A DNA stretch of 64,000 bases from a virus. Its lineage: Duplodnaviria; Caudoviricetes. The notes below the pieces were generated by a model. The model did no database searches, was not told the origin of the DNA, and saw only the letters and a list, made by a program, of their open reading frames with translations. Below, piece after piece: positions 54,908-64,000 of the stretch. Within the stretch, counting starts at the first letter, position 1, and the number at the start of each line of letters is the position of its first letter. The position numbers and the translations under genes are program-made. The stretch spans positions 1 to 64,000 of the IMG/VR virus record IMGVR_UViG_3300028797_000005; one strand, given 5' to 3'.

Positions 54908-56738
54908 TGCTAATTCAATAGAGCAACTCACCTTTAGAGAAGGGGTGCGTGCTCGTGTAGGCATTTATCTTGGGTCAGCAGATCACACAGGAGTGATTGC
55001 TGGCCTTTTGGAGTTAGTCAATAACGCCACCGACGAGTATTTGGTCTGCCCACGCGCCAATCATATCCAGATTACTCTTGGAAAAGATTACGTCAAGGTA
55101 AGAGACTTTGGTCGTGGTATGCCACATGGTCCGAATGATTTTTCAGAAGAAGTTATGATTAACCTCTTAACTGAAAACCACAGTGGTGCAAAGTTTAATG
55201 ACAACGCTTATGGTGGAAAATCTCGTGGGCTTAATGGTACAGGCTCTGCGGCGACCTGTTGCTCTAGTGATTGGTTTACAATTTGCTCTTATCGTGACGG
55301 CGCTGGCTGGAAAATGGAGTTTGAAAAGGGTATTCCTAAATATCCAAAATGTATCAAGTTAGATACTTCTAGTCCGGAAGGTACGGAAATTATTTACTGG
55401 CCAAGTCAAGAAGTTTTCTCAGCTGAACCTATTTATTTTGACTTCAATGAAATTTGCGACATTCTTAAAGAATACTCCTATTTTAATAAAGGCATTGTCT
55501 TTAGCGTTCACGAGCCAAGCTCGGATAGCTTCAAAAGTTTTCACAGCGAGAATGGTCTCATCGACTTCGCAAAAGAGAAAGTAGTCAATCCTATTCATAG
55601 TAAGCCTATTTATATCAAGGCTTCTGAAAATGACATTGATATAGAGCTTATTATGCAATGGACTACCGGTAAAGAAAAGTTTTACCTATTCTCTAACGGT
55701 GGTGAGAACCCCATTGGCGGCACTCCAATCACAGGTATTCGTACAGCCCTCACTAACTTCTTCAAGAAATATGTTGATGATAGTAAGGATATTGTACGAA
55801 GCGGCCTGGTGTATATCTGCTCAGTTAATCTTAAGAATCCAATCTATGACGGACAGACTAAAGGGAAGATTACAAATCCAGAACTACGCGGCCTCTGCCA
55901 AAAATTAACTACTCAAGCCTTGACCGAGTATGCTGAAAAAGAGAAAGCGTCTTTTAATCAGATTATTAATTTTATAGAAAAAAATAACAAGGCAGAAATA
56001 GCGGCTCAAAAAGTTCGCAACTCTATCCTTAAAGCCAACAAGGATATTGAGAAGAACATTAAGAAGAAAGTTTTTGCTTCAGACAAGCTGAAAGATGCGC
56101 GTAAGCTGGGTAAAGATAGTATTCTTCTTATCTGCGAAGGTGATTCAGCGCTTGGTTCTTTGGCACAGGCTAGAGATCCTAATGTATATGGATTACTTGG
56201 TATTCGTGGTAAGATTATCAATGCTCTCTCTAATCCTCTTGACAAAGTAATGGAAAATGAAGAAGTTCAGCTTATTTTTGCGGCGCTTGGAGTGACACCA
56301 AATAACTATAATAGCAAGAAATTGCGCTATGGCCAAATTGGTATTGCTTCAGATGCTGACCAAGACGGCAACCATATCGCCCTCTTACTCCTAAGTATGT
56401 TTGCCGAATTAATGCCTGAGCTTCTTCATGAAGGCCGCGTATTTAGATTGGATGCTCCGACTCATGTGGTGAAACGTGGCGGCAAGGATTATTATTTCTA
56501 CAACTCAGCTGACTTCCTTAATCGCACCGTTACTGGTGATGTATCTTTCCTCAAAGGTATCGGTGAAATGTCAGCTAAGCAGGAGAAAGAATCCATGTTT
56601 GGCATTAATCAGCGCCGCACTTACTTCACATGGGACAACGAAGCAGATAAACAGTTAAAATTATTAATGGGTGAAAGTGCAGAACCAAGAAGAGAATTTT
56701 TATTTAATAGAGTAGATTTTTCAAGGATTACAGAGTAA
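54873..56738 (+). CDS. type II topoisomerase subunit B (GyrB/ParE-like)
   Basis: ELVNNATDE, DFGRGMP, H.GAKF, GLNGTG, EGDSA, RGKI.N, DADQDG.HI, KGIGEM. Confidence 0.95.
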   Translation: MKEMSISQAKYDANSIEQLTFREGVRARVGIYLGSADHTGVIAGLLELVNNATDEYLVCPRANHIQITLGKDYVKVRDFGRGMPHGPNDFSEEVMINLLTENHSGAKFNDNAYGGKSRGLNGTGSAATCCSSDWFTICSYRDGAGWKMEFEKGIPKYPKCIKLDTSSPEGTEIIYWPSQEVFSAEPIYFDFNEICDILKEYSYFNKGIVFSVHEPSSDSFKSFHSENGLIDFAKEKVVNPIHSKPIYIKASENDIDIELIMQWTTGKEKFYLFSNGGENPIGGTPITGIRTALTNFFKKYVDDSKDIVRSGLVYICSVNLKNPIYDGQTKGKITNPELRGLCQKLTTQALTEYAEKEKASFNQIINFIEKNNKAEIAAQKVRNSILKANKDIEKNIKKKVFASDKLKDARKLGKDSILLICEGDSALGSLAQARDPNVYGLLGIRGKIINALSNPLDKVMENEEVQLIFAALGVTPNNYNSKKLRYGQIGIASDADQDGNHIALLLLSMFAELMPELLHEGRVFRLDAPTHVVKRGGKDYYFYNSADFLNRTVTGDVSFLKGIGEMSAKQEKESMFGINQRRTYFTWDNEADKQLKLLMGESAEPRREFLFNRVDFSRITE

Positions 56739-56887
56739 TGGGACAGTTTTTATTAGGTTTACTTAGCTTATTTTATATCGGTGGGTTGTTATTCTTCCTT
56801 CTTTGGATTTTTACAGCATTTTTCCACACGATATTCAGTTCAATTATTAAGACCTTAGATGATTGGGACAGAACAGATGACTACTAA
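56738..56887 (+). CDS. 49-aa membrane peptide between topoisomerase subunits
   Basis: read manually; TAATG coupling; long hydrophobic stretch. Confidence 0.5.
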   Translation: MGQFLLGLLSLFYIGGLLFFLLWIFTAFFHTIFSSIIKTLDDWDRTDDY

Positions 56888-58688
56888 AAATGTAATAGAT
56901 GAATATTTTGAAGGGTACGCTGCTGCTGTCGCTCAATCGCGTGCTCTTATTTCCGTGGAAGATGGTCTTAAGCCATCTATGCGCATGGCTCTATATGCTA
57001 ACTATACTGATAAATTTGTTGAACCTAAGAAAACAGCTAAGTTTATCAAACTCGTAGGTTCTGCGGCTCGCTTTTGCTGGCATGGTGATGCTTCAACTTT
57101 TGGTATGCTTATTCGTGCCGCCAAGCCTTTTGCTATGCGTTATCCGCTCTATGACACCCAGGGCAGCTATGGTACTCTTATGTCACCAGATTCTCACGCT
57201 GCACCTCGTTATGTTGAAGGCAGGCTTAATAGCCTAGCCAAGCAGCTTTTCAAAGGCATCCAAAAAGATGTAGTATCGGAGTGGCGTGATAATTATGACA
57301 ACACGGAACAGTATCCTGGCCTTTTACCGAGTTTTGGCTTTTGGAATCTTTGTAACGGTACTCAGGGTATCGGCACGGGCGTATCTAGCAGTATCCCACA
57401 ATTCAACCTCAGAGAAATGAATGAGGCGCTTGCCCATCGTATTTTGGGTGAAGCATATGAAATTCCTCTTCCAGATTTTGCAACTGGTGGAATCCTTTTA
57501 AACACAAAAGAAGTCAAGGAATCTCTACTTAATGGAACTGGTGCTGCTTGTAAACTTCGTGCAAAAATTATTTATGACCCAAAAGGCAATCTCTTTAAGG
57601 TAACTGAACTTCCTTACGCAACATATACAAATACGATTTGTAATGAGCTGGAAGAATTGCGACAAGATGAAAGTAGTGGAATTGATTATTTCAATGATGC
57701 TACTGGTGAAAAGGTAGACCTTGAGATTTATCTTACTAAAGATGCTAACCCAAACCAAGTATTGTCCTTGCTTTATAAAAAAACTTCTCTTCAAAATAGT
57801 TATCCTATTAATATGACTATGTTGGAGAATTGCCGCCGGCCAAGACTTTATACAATCCATGAAGCTATGGAATGTTATTGTAATCATCAGATTAAAATGT
57901 ATCGGCGCGGCTATGAATATGATTTAAATGACGCATTAGCGCAGAAGCATATTCTTGAAGGTTATATTATTGCTTGTAATGATATTGAAAATGTAGTCCA
58001 GATTATTAAGAATAGTAGAACGAAAGAAATTGCAAAACAAAATCTTTTATCACATTATCCACTTGATGCTAAACAAGTAGATGCCATTCTTAAGTTAACC
58101 CTTAGTAGACTGGCCGCATTTGAAATTGATAAATTCGTACATCAAATTGAAGATTTAGAAGCATTAATTGTTGAGTTAGAAAAACTTTTAGCCGACGAAA
58201 GTAAAATTAGACGAATCATAGCCGACGATCTTCGCGCAACTGCAATCGGCTTTGGTGACGCACGTCGGACTGAATTATTAAATGTAACAGAGGAACAAAT
58301 GGAAAAATTAATGTACTTTACTGAGAGCGGTAAGCTGTGTTTAACTCCTCCTAAAAATGAGCCAATTTTGACTACGCTTACTTATGGTATTCCTTACTTC
58401 TGTGTTACTCAAAGCGGTATTGTATATCGTAGCTCTGAAATCCCAAAACGCGCGAAGCAAATTTTTAAATTTGAAAATGACAAGATATTAGGTATTTTCC
58501 CTGATGCACCAGAAAAATTCCTTGTCTTTATTGACCAAGAAGGACATTTCAGATGCAAAGAGATGTCTACTCTTAATAAAATAAAGACACAACTTACCTT
58601 GTCTAATTTAAAATTTGTCGGAGTAACTTCAGAGCGTGCGACGAAACAAAACTATAAACAATTAATTTCTGAAGAAATCAAAAGTTGA
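56859..58688 (+). CDS. type II topoisomerase subunit A (GyrA/ParC-like, short C-terminal domain)
   Basis: DGLKP, HGDAS, AAPRYVE (catalytic Tyr), NG..GI..G, PDFATGG. Confidence 0.95.
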   Translation: MIGTEQMTTKNVIDEYFEGYAAAVAQSRALISVEDGLKPSMRMALYANYTDKFVEPKKTAKFIKLVGSAARFCWHGDASTFGMLIRAAKPFAMRYPLYDTQGSYGTLMSPDSHAAPRYVEGRLNSLAKQLFKGIQKDVVSEWRDNYDNTEQYPGLLPSFGFWNLCNGTQGIGTGVSSSIPQFNLREMNEALAHRILGEAYEIPLPDFATGGILLNTKEVKESLLNGTGAACKLRAKIIYDPKGNLFKVTELPYATYTNTICNELEELRQDESSGIDYFNDATGEKVDLEIYLTKDANPNQVLSLLYKKTSLQNSYPINMTMLENCRRPRLYTIHEAMECYCNHQIKMYRRGYEYDLNDALAQKHILEGYIIACNDIENVVQIIKNSRTKEIAKQNLLSHYPLDAKQVDAILKLTLSRLAAFEIDKFVHQIEDLEALIVELEKLLADESKIRRIIADDLRATAIGFGDARRTELLNVTEEQMEKLMYFTESGKLCLTPPKNEPILTTLTYGIPYFCVTQSGIVYRSSEIPKRAKQIFKFENDKILGIFPDAPEKFLVFIDQEGHFRCKEMSTLNKIKTQLTLSNLKFVGVTSERATKQNYKQLISEEIKS

Positions 58689-58777
58689 AAATAAATAAAA
58701 ATTATTATATAATATTTATATCAAAGGAAATGAAAGTTTCCTAAAATTAGTATACTTAAAAATAAGGAGAATTTGTA

Positions 58778-59077
58778 ATGGCGAAATTAACTGAAAAGAC
58801 CAGAGCTGTGTTCGAATATGTACGTGACTTTGATGGTGGTAACGGTGTTACTTTTGAAGACATCGCTGCAGCAACCGGACTTGGCACTAAATCTATCGGC
58901 CCCATCGTTTGGATGAGCCTCAACACCAAGAAAGATAAGCAGGGTAATATCCTCCGTGAAGCCCTCGTATCTTATGAAAAGAGAACCATTAAGGGAGAAG
59001 ATAAACCCGTTGGTTATGTTCACATTACTGAAGCAGGAAAAGTTTACGAAGACCCAGAAGAAGAAGTAGCAGAGTAA
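58778..59077 (+). CDS. winged-helix DNA-binding protein
   Basis: VTFEDIAAATGL..KSI...ITEAGK. Confidence 0.7.
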   Translation: MAKLTEKTRAVFEYVRDFDGGNGVTFEDIAAATGLGTKSIGPIVWMSLNTKKDKQGNILREALVSYEKRTIKGEDKPVGYVHITEAGKVYEDPEEEVAE

Positions 59078-59102
59078 GAATTTAAAAGAAGGAGAAAATA
59101 TA

Positions 59103-59996
59103 ATGGCTAATATGATGAATAATGGTATTATTGAAGGCGTTCTCGCTGAGATTGATCTTCAAGAAAGAGTTTGGAACGGAAGCGACGTAATTAGTGGTAA
59201 AGTTGTTGTCAGAGTTAAAGCACCTATCGTTAAGGGTGGCCCTGTTGTAGAATGTGATACTCCGGTGCAGTTCTTCACAAAGAAACTCACCAATAGTGGT
59301 AATCCCAACCCATCTTATAATGATGTTTCTACTATTCTCCACGAAGGAAAGTCCATCGCGACGGTTGGAGAAGCTGATGCAGATGGAGTAAGGCTTACTG
59401 GTATCCGCGTCACCATGAACGATTATTATGGTAGAGATGGTCGTTATATTTCCTTCCCAAGAATTAACGGTTCCTTTATCCGTGTAGTTCCGAAGAGTCA
59501 GCTTAATCCTGTGGCAAAAGTTGACCTTGACCTTATCATTCGTGATATGAAGCATGAAGTGGACAAGGACGGAATCGAAACTGGTAGATTCTTCATTAAT
59601 GGTATCAATATTGGTTTCAATGATTATACTGATATCATTCCAATTGTGACAGAAAATCCTGAGTATATCGCCTCTATTGGTGCTGTTTATCAGCCGGGCG
59701 ATGCAATCACCGCATCTGTAAGACTCAACTTCACCCAGAAAACTACTACCACTTATCAGGAAGTAGAAATTGGTGAACCGATTGAGAGAACTCGTACCGT
59801 TACTGTCAGCGACCTCGTAATTGCGGCTATTAGTCGTAACGACAGAATCGTTGAAATGTATAGCAGCGAGCAGGTTAAGGCTTGCCTCGAGAAGCGCAAT
59901 CAGCGCATTGAGGGCAAGAAAATGGCCTCTCAGCAGTCTGCTAACGCCGAGAGAACTCAGAACGTTGCGCAGAGCAGAATTGACCTCGGATTTTAA
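59103..59996 (+). CDS. putative single-stranded DNA-binding protein
   Basis: position in replication block, beta-rich, flexible tail ending DLGF. Confidence 0.55.
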   Translation: MANMMNNGIIEGVLAEIDLQERVWNGSDVISGKVVVRVKAPIVKGGPVVECDTPVQFFTKKLTNSGNPNPSYNDVSTILHEGKSIATVGEADADGVRLTGIRVTMNDYYGRDGRYISFPRINGSFIRVVPKSQLNPVAKVDLDLIIRDMKHEVDKDGIETGRFFINGINIGFNDYTDIIPIVTENPEYIASIGAVYQPGDAITASVRLNFTQKTTTTYQEVEIGEPIERTRTVTVSDLVIAAISRNDRIVEMYSSEQVKACLEKRNQRIEGKKMASQQSANAERTQNVAQSRIDLGF

Positions 59997-60014
59997 TATA
60001 GGTGGTGAGGTTGT

Positions 60015-60989
60015 ATGGCAATTTTAAATCTTCTTGACCTACAGCCTACCACTATTTCAAGGGATTTAAAAGATAAGTATTTGCTGTTATATGGACCAGC
60101 AAAATGCGGTAAAACTTCATTCGCAGCGCAGATTCCAGATAATCTTATCTTTTCCTTTGAAAAGGGTACAAATTTCTTAGGCGGCATTTATGCTGTGCCG
60201 ATTGAGAAATGGTCAACCTTTAAGTTAATGTTAAAGCAGCTCAGTAAGCCAGAAGTGCAGAAGAAATTTAAGACTGTCACAATAGATACACTGTCTATTG
60301 CGTGGTCTCTCTGTGAACAGTACATTTGCGATACCGCTAATGTAAGTTCAATCTCCGATATTCCTTGGGGCAGAGGCTATGCACTTCTGAAAGATGAATT
60401 TTCAGATGCTCTTCGTCAAATCTCTATGATGGGTTATGGTATTATTCTAATCACTCATGCTAAGGTTAAATCAACCAAGATTGATGAAGATACTACTATT
60501 GACACTATGGCGCCTAATATTCCGGAAAGGGCGCAGGATGTTGTCAATGCTCTTGTAGATATTATCGGCTGCATCAAAGTAACTCCCCATGCGGACGGTA
60601 CATCTGATAGAACTCTTATTACTCGCTCTACGCCTTATATCGTAGCTGGATCAAGACTTCGCTATTTGCCGAGTGAAATTCCCTTCGGTTATAAGGAATT
60701 AGTAGAAGCCATGAACGAAGCTATTAATCGACAAGAAGCTGATGGCGATGTAGTTGTTGATCGTACAGAAAAACAACAAATCGTTTCGCAGCGTACATAT
60801 GACGAAGCTCTCGCAGAAGCCCGCGGTATTTGGGAAAGTCTTTTAAACAGGCCTAACCCAGAAGAGGCCGTTGAGAAAGCAAGTAAAATTATTGAAAAAA
60901 TAATGAAAAGACCTTGCCGCATCTCAGAAATTAAGCCTGAACAGCTTGACCTGCTAGAACTAGTTATCGACGAACTTCATACGCTTTAA
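60015..60989 (+). CDS. AAA_24/Sak4-like NTPase
   Basis: YGPAKCGKT, FEKG, TIDT, WGRGY, ILITH, AGSR. Confidence 0.8.
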   Translation: MAILNLLDLQPTTISRDLKDKYLLLYGPAKCGKTSFAAQIPDNLIFSFEKGTNFLGGIYAVPIEKWSTFKLMLKQLSKPEVQKKFKTVTIDTLSIAWSLCEQYICDTANVSSISDIPWGRGYALLKDEFSDALRQISMMGYGIILITHAKVKSTKIDEDTTIDTMAPNIPERAQDVVNALVDIIGCIKVTPHADGTSDRTLITRSTPYIVAGSRLRYLPSEIPFGYKELVEAMNEAINRQEADGDVVVDRTEKQQIVSQRTYDEALAEARGIWESLLNRPNPEEAVEKASKIIEKIMKRPCRISEIKPEQLDLLELVIDELHTL

Positions 60990-61072
60990 CAGGATTGCGA
61001 GGTGTGATATTGCACCTCGCAATTTGCATTTTTAGGAAATTTTTGGTATACTATATTTAGAGAGGTATACCA

Positions 61073-61588
61073 ATGAGACAAAATGTTCATTGTAGAATTT
61101 GTAAGAAAGAGATTAATAGAGATTTAGAGAAGGAAGGAGTCGACTGGATAATGCGTTCTGAAGGATGGTATTATCATAAATCATGTTGGGAGACATATGC
61201 TAAGCAGAGTATTCCCAAGACAGATGAAGAATGGTTCGACCTTCTTTTTTATATCATCACTAATGATCTCCATAGTTCATATAATTACTTCCAGATAAAG
61301 AGCCAATGTGAGAAGATGAAGGCAGAGGGCAAGACAATGAAAGGCATCTACTTCACGACATATTGGTATTTTGTGTTACAGAAAAAAGAGTATAAACCAG
61401 AGTATGGCTTAGGTATCATTCCTTATGTGTACGACCAATCAATTGAGTATTGGGCAGAGCGTGAAAAGAAAGAAAAAGGTATCTTAGCCGAAATCACAAG
61501 ATTAAAAAGAATCGAAGCAGGAGAAGGGCGCAATGTAGCTGCGCGCAGAACAAACCGAAAGAAAGTTACAGCTGAACCAGTTATATAG
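61073..61588 (+). CDS. zinc-binding replication-associated protein
   Basis: CRIC...YYH.SC; GIIPYVYD; directly upstream of helicase. Confidence 0.6.
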   Translation: MRQNVHCRICKKEINRDLEKEGVDWIMRSEGWYYHKSCWETYAKQSIPKTDEEWFDLLFYIITNDLHSSYNYFQIKSQCEKMKAEGKTMKGIYFTTYWYFVLQKKEYKPEYGLGIIPYVYDQSIEYWAEREKKEKGILAEITRLKRIEAGEGRNVAARRTNRKKVTAEPVI

Positions 61589-61601
61589 AAAGGAGTCGGC
61601 A

Positions 61602-63161
61602 TTGGCACAACAGAATACTGAACAGTTGCTGATAGGTAGCTTAATGCACGAGCCGAAATTATTATTGCAGACGGATCGGTATCAGATTACATCTGCTGAT
61701 TTTGAGAACCCTGTATACAAATATATCTTTTGGGCAATAGAGAATCTAGCACCTGGGGCAACTAAAGAATTAACTCCATATGAAATTGAGAAATGGATGT
61801 TTAATAGTCCATCTGCGAAAGCAATATATGAATCAAGGAATGGACGTCAAGCATTAGTTGATTGTGAAGCTGTTCCAGTTGGTTCATTTGATGGTCTTTA
61901 TTCATCATTTAAAAAAGAAAACTTGATACATGATTTATCGAGTAAAATGAAAATTGATACAAGTGATCTCTATGTAGAAACACCTGTAACAGAATATGAG
62001 AAAAAAGTTGATGAAGTATTTGCGAACTCAACAACTCAAGACATAATTGATAGAATTGATAAAGAATTTGTCCAGTTAAAGAGTAAGTATATTCTAAATG
62101 ATACAAGTGAAAGTCAGACATTGTATGAAGGAATGGAAGATATGTTGGCCGACCTTGAAGTTAATCCAGAAATTGGACTGCCGCTTCAGGGTAAGATATT
62201 TAATCATGCAGTAAGCGGCGCAATTAAAGGTCGTTTTTATCTTCGTTCTGGTCAAAGCGGTCTTGGTAAAACTCGTTCATTAATGGCAGATGCGTGTGAA
62301 TTGGCATTTCCTGTGTGTTTTTCATGGGATCAAATGAAATGGGTACAAAGTGGCTGCTGTGAAAAAGTAATGATTATCATTACAGAGCAGAACTTTGATG
62401 AAGTTAGGAAGATGGCAATAGCTTATCTTACTGGAATTAATGAATCCAAGATTAAGCGTGGACTTTGTAATGCACAGGAAAAGGCAGTCATAAGTCAAGC
62501 ACTGTCAGTATTTAAGTATTATGAAGATAACTTTAGAGTAATCAGAGTACCTAGTCCAAGTATCTCACTTATTAAGCAATTAGTAAGAGAACAGGTCATG
62601 ATGTATGATATTGGATATGTGTTCTACGATTACATTTTTGTGTGTCCGTCATTATTATCTGAGTTTAAAGGAGTAAACTTGAGAAACGATGAAATTTTAT
62701 TAATGTTCTCAGATGCGCTCAAACAATTAGCTGTCGAACTTGATGTGTTCGTAATGTCAAGTACACAAGTTAATGCAAATGCAGATAATAATAAAGATAT
62801 TAGAAATGAAGCATCAATTGCAGGCAGCCGCGCAGTAATCAATAAAGCTGACATGGGCTGTATTATGGCGCGACCTACAAAAGATGAATTAGAGGTTATC
62901 GGTAGAGTAAATGATAGCGGTTGGACGCCGAATATTGTAACAGACATCTATAAGCTACGAGGTGGAGAAAACACGCAGATAAGAATTTGGTCTATCATGG
63001 ATTTAGGCACCTTGAGGAAATGTGATTTATTTGTAACAGATTCAAGATTAAATATAGTAGATATTGGTTATGAGAAAATTGAATATACATTATTAGAAGA
63101 AGATTATGATAAGTTAATGAAAATCTTGGGTGAACTAAACGAAGGAGTGATGATTGAATGA
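61602..63161 (+). CDS. DnaB-like replicative helicase
   Basis: SGLGKT, TEQ, VFYDYI, LKQLA..LDV...STQVN, KAD, KLRGG. Confidence 0.9.
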   Translation: MAQQNTEQLLIGSLMHEPKLLLQTDRYQITSADFENPVYKYIFWAIENLAPGATKELTPYEIEKWMFNSPSAKAIYESRNGRQALVDCEAVPVGSFDGLYSSFKKENLIHDLSSKMKIDTSDLYVETPVTEYEKKVDEVFANSTTQDIIDRIDKEFVQLKSKYILNDTSESQTLYEGMEDMLADLEVNPEIGLPLQGKIFNHAVSGAIKGRFYLRSGQSGLGKTRSLMADACELAFPVCFSWDQMKWVQSGCCEKVMIIITEQNFDEVRKMAIAYLTGINESKIKRGLCNAQEKAVISQALSVFKYYEDNFRVIRVPSPSISLIKQLVREQVMMYDIGYVFYDYIFVCPSLLSEFKGVNLRNDEILLMFSDALKQLAVELDVFVMSSTQVNANADNNKDIRNEASIAGSRAVINKADMGCIMARPTKDELEVIGRVNDSGWTPNIVTDIYKLRGGENTQIRIWSIMDLGTLRKCDLFVTDSRLNIVDIGYEKIEYTLLEEDYDKLMKILGELNEGVMIE

Positions 63162-64000
63162 TAGATGCCAAGAAACTAAAAGAATCATTAACTCCGGAAA
63201 TGATAATCAACTTAATGCGGCTCCTGGGAGCTACACAGTATGAAGATAAAGGTGAATATATTATGTTCCCGACTATCTGTCATAATGTACATGAAGAAGA
63301 TGCTGGCTTCAACTTAAGCTATTACAAAGATAGTCACAGATTTTATTGCTTCAGTAACTGTCATGCTATGGATATATTCCAATTAATTGAGAGGCGCTGG
63401 CGGCTTATTGATAGTGACGAAGACCTGCACTTTGAAAATATCCTATACTGGGTAATGAACCATTCCAAGATAGACCTTGACAACTATCAACCGGAAGATT
63501 TCAAAAGCCCAATAAATATTAAAGATTATCAGACAAAAACTACTGAAGTCGTGCTTCCAGAAAAAGACCCAACTGTATTAGATGCCTTTTCTAATTATCA
63601 TGCAATAGAATGGCTTAATGATGGCATTTCTGATGAAGCTATGGACAAGTATAACATTAAGTATTCACAACTGCGCAATGCCATAATTATTCCACACTAT
63701 GATATTCATAATAGATTAGTCGGAATTAGACGGCGCGCGTTAGATGAAGAAGAAGCTAAGAAAGGCAAATATAAGCCTATTTATATAGAGAATGTCAGTT
63801 ATTCTCACCCATTAGGCTATAACTTATATGGTCTTAATAATGTATGGGAAGAGATTAAAAGACAAAGAAGAGTATTCGTAGCTGAAGGTGAGAAGTCAGC
63901 GCTGCAAGCATATACATTATATGGTGATAGGAATGTCGTTGTATCGGTATGCGGCAGCCGGATTAACCGTTGGCAGATACATCTCTTAATGAAATATTGC
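63158..64000 (+). CDS. DNA primase, 3'-truncated
   Basis: read manually: TICHN...FYCFSNC zinc finger, IIIPH, VGIRRR, NLYGL, AEGEKS TOPRIM. Confidence 0.88.
   Translation, partial: MIDAKKLKESLTPEMIINLMRLLGATQYEDKGEYIMFPTICHNVHEEDAGFNLSYYKDSHRFYCFSNCHAMDIFQLIERRWRLIDSDEDLHFENILYWVMNHSKIDLDNYQPEDFKSPINIKDYQTKTTEVVLPEKDPTVLDAFSNYHAIEWLNDGISDEAMDKYNIKYSQLRNAIIIPHYDIHNRLVGIRRRALDEEEAKKGKYKPIYIENVSYSHPLGYNLYGLNNVWEEIKRQRRVFVAEGEKSALQAYTLYGDRNVVVSVCGSRINRWQIHLLMKYC

Overview
Window from a large lytic tailed phage (Caudoviricetes). The host is probably a Bacillota/Clostridia gut or rumen bacterium, inferred from GGAGG RBSs, TG-extended sigmaA promoters, a CW_binding_2 endolysin and a ROOL-like RNA. 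No host genes, integrase, capsid/terminase, RT or CRISPR are visible. Layout: 1-2.5 kb single-gene early cassettes separated by a conserved palindromic repeat. 2.5-4.2 kb is non-coding, with a dense CAGCTG cluster and GC-rich hairpins. 4.2-22.7 kb (minus) holds accessory genes (kinase-like, PhoH, ClpP, phosphatase) and 31 tRNA genes covering all 20 amino acids; two tRNAs carry group I introns, and several non-tRNA structured RNAs sit among them, including an 82-nt tmRNA-like RNA lacking any coding domain. 22.7-39.5 kb (minus) is a modular fibre/receptor-binding cluster with recurring terminal motifs. 39.5-43.4 kb encodes cell-wall hydrolases, and 43.4-44.5 kb a ROOL-like large ncRNA behind three tandem promoters. 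46.3-64 kb (plus) is the replication block: RNase H, dNMP kinase, ligase, intein-containing UvrD, type II topoisomerase, SSB, AAA NTPase, DnaB and primase. All calls come from reading the sequence by eye; no searches were run.
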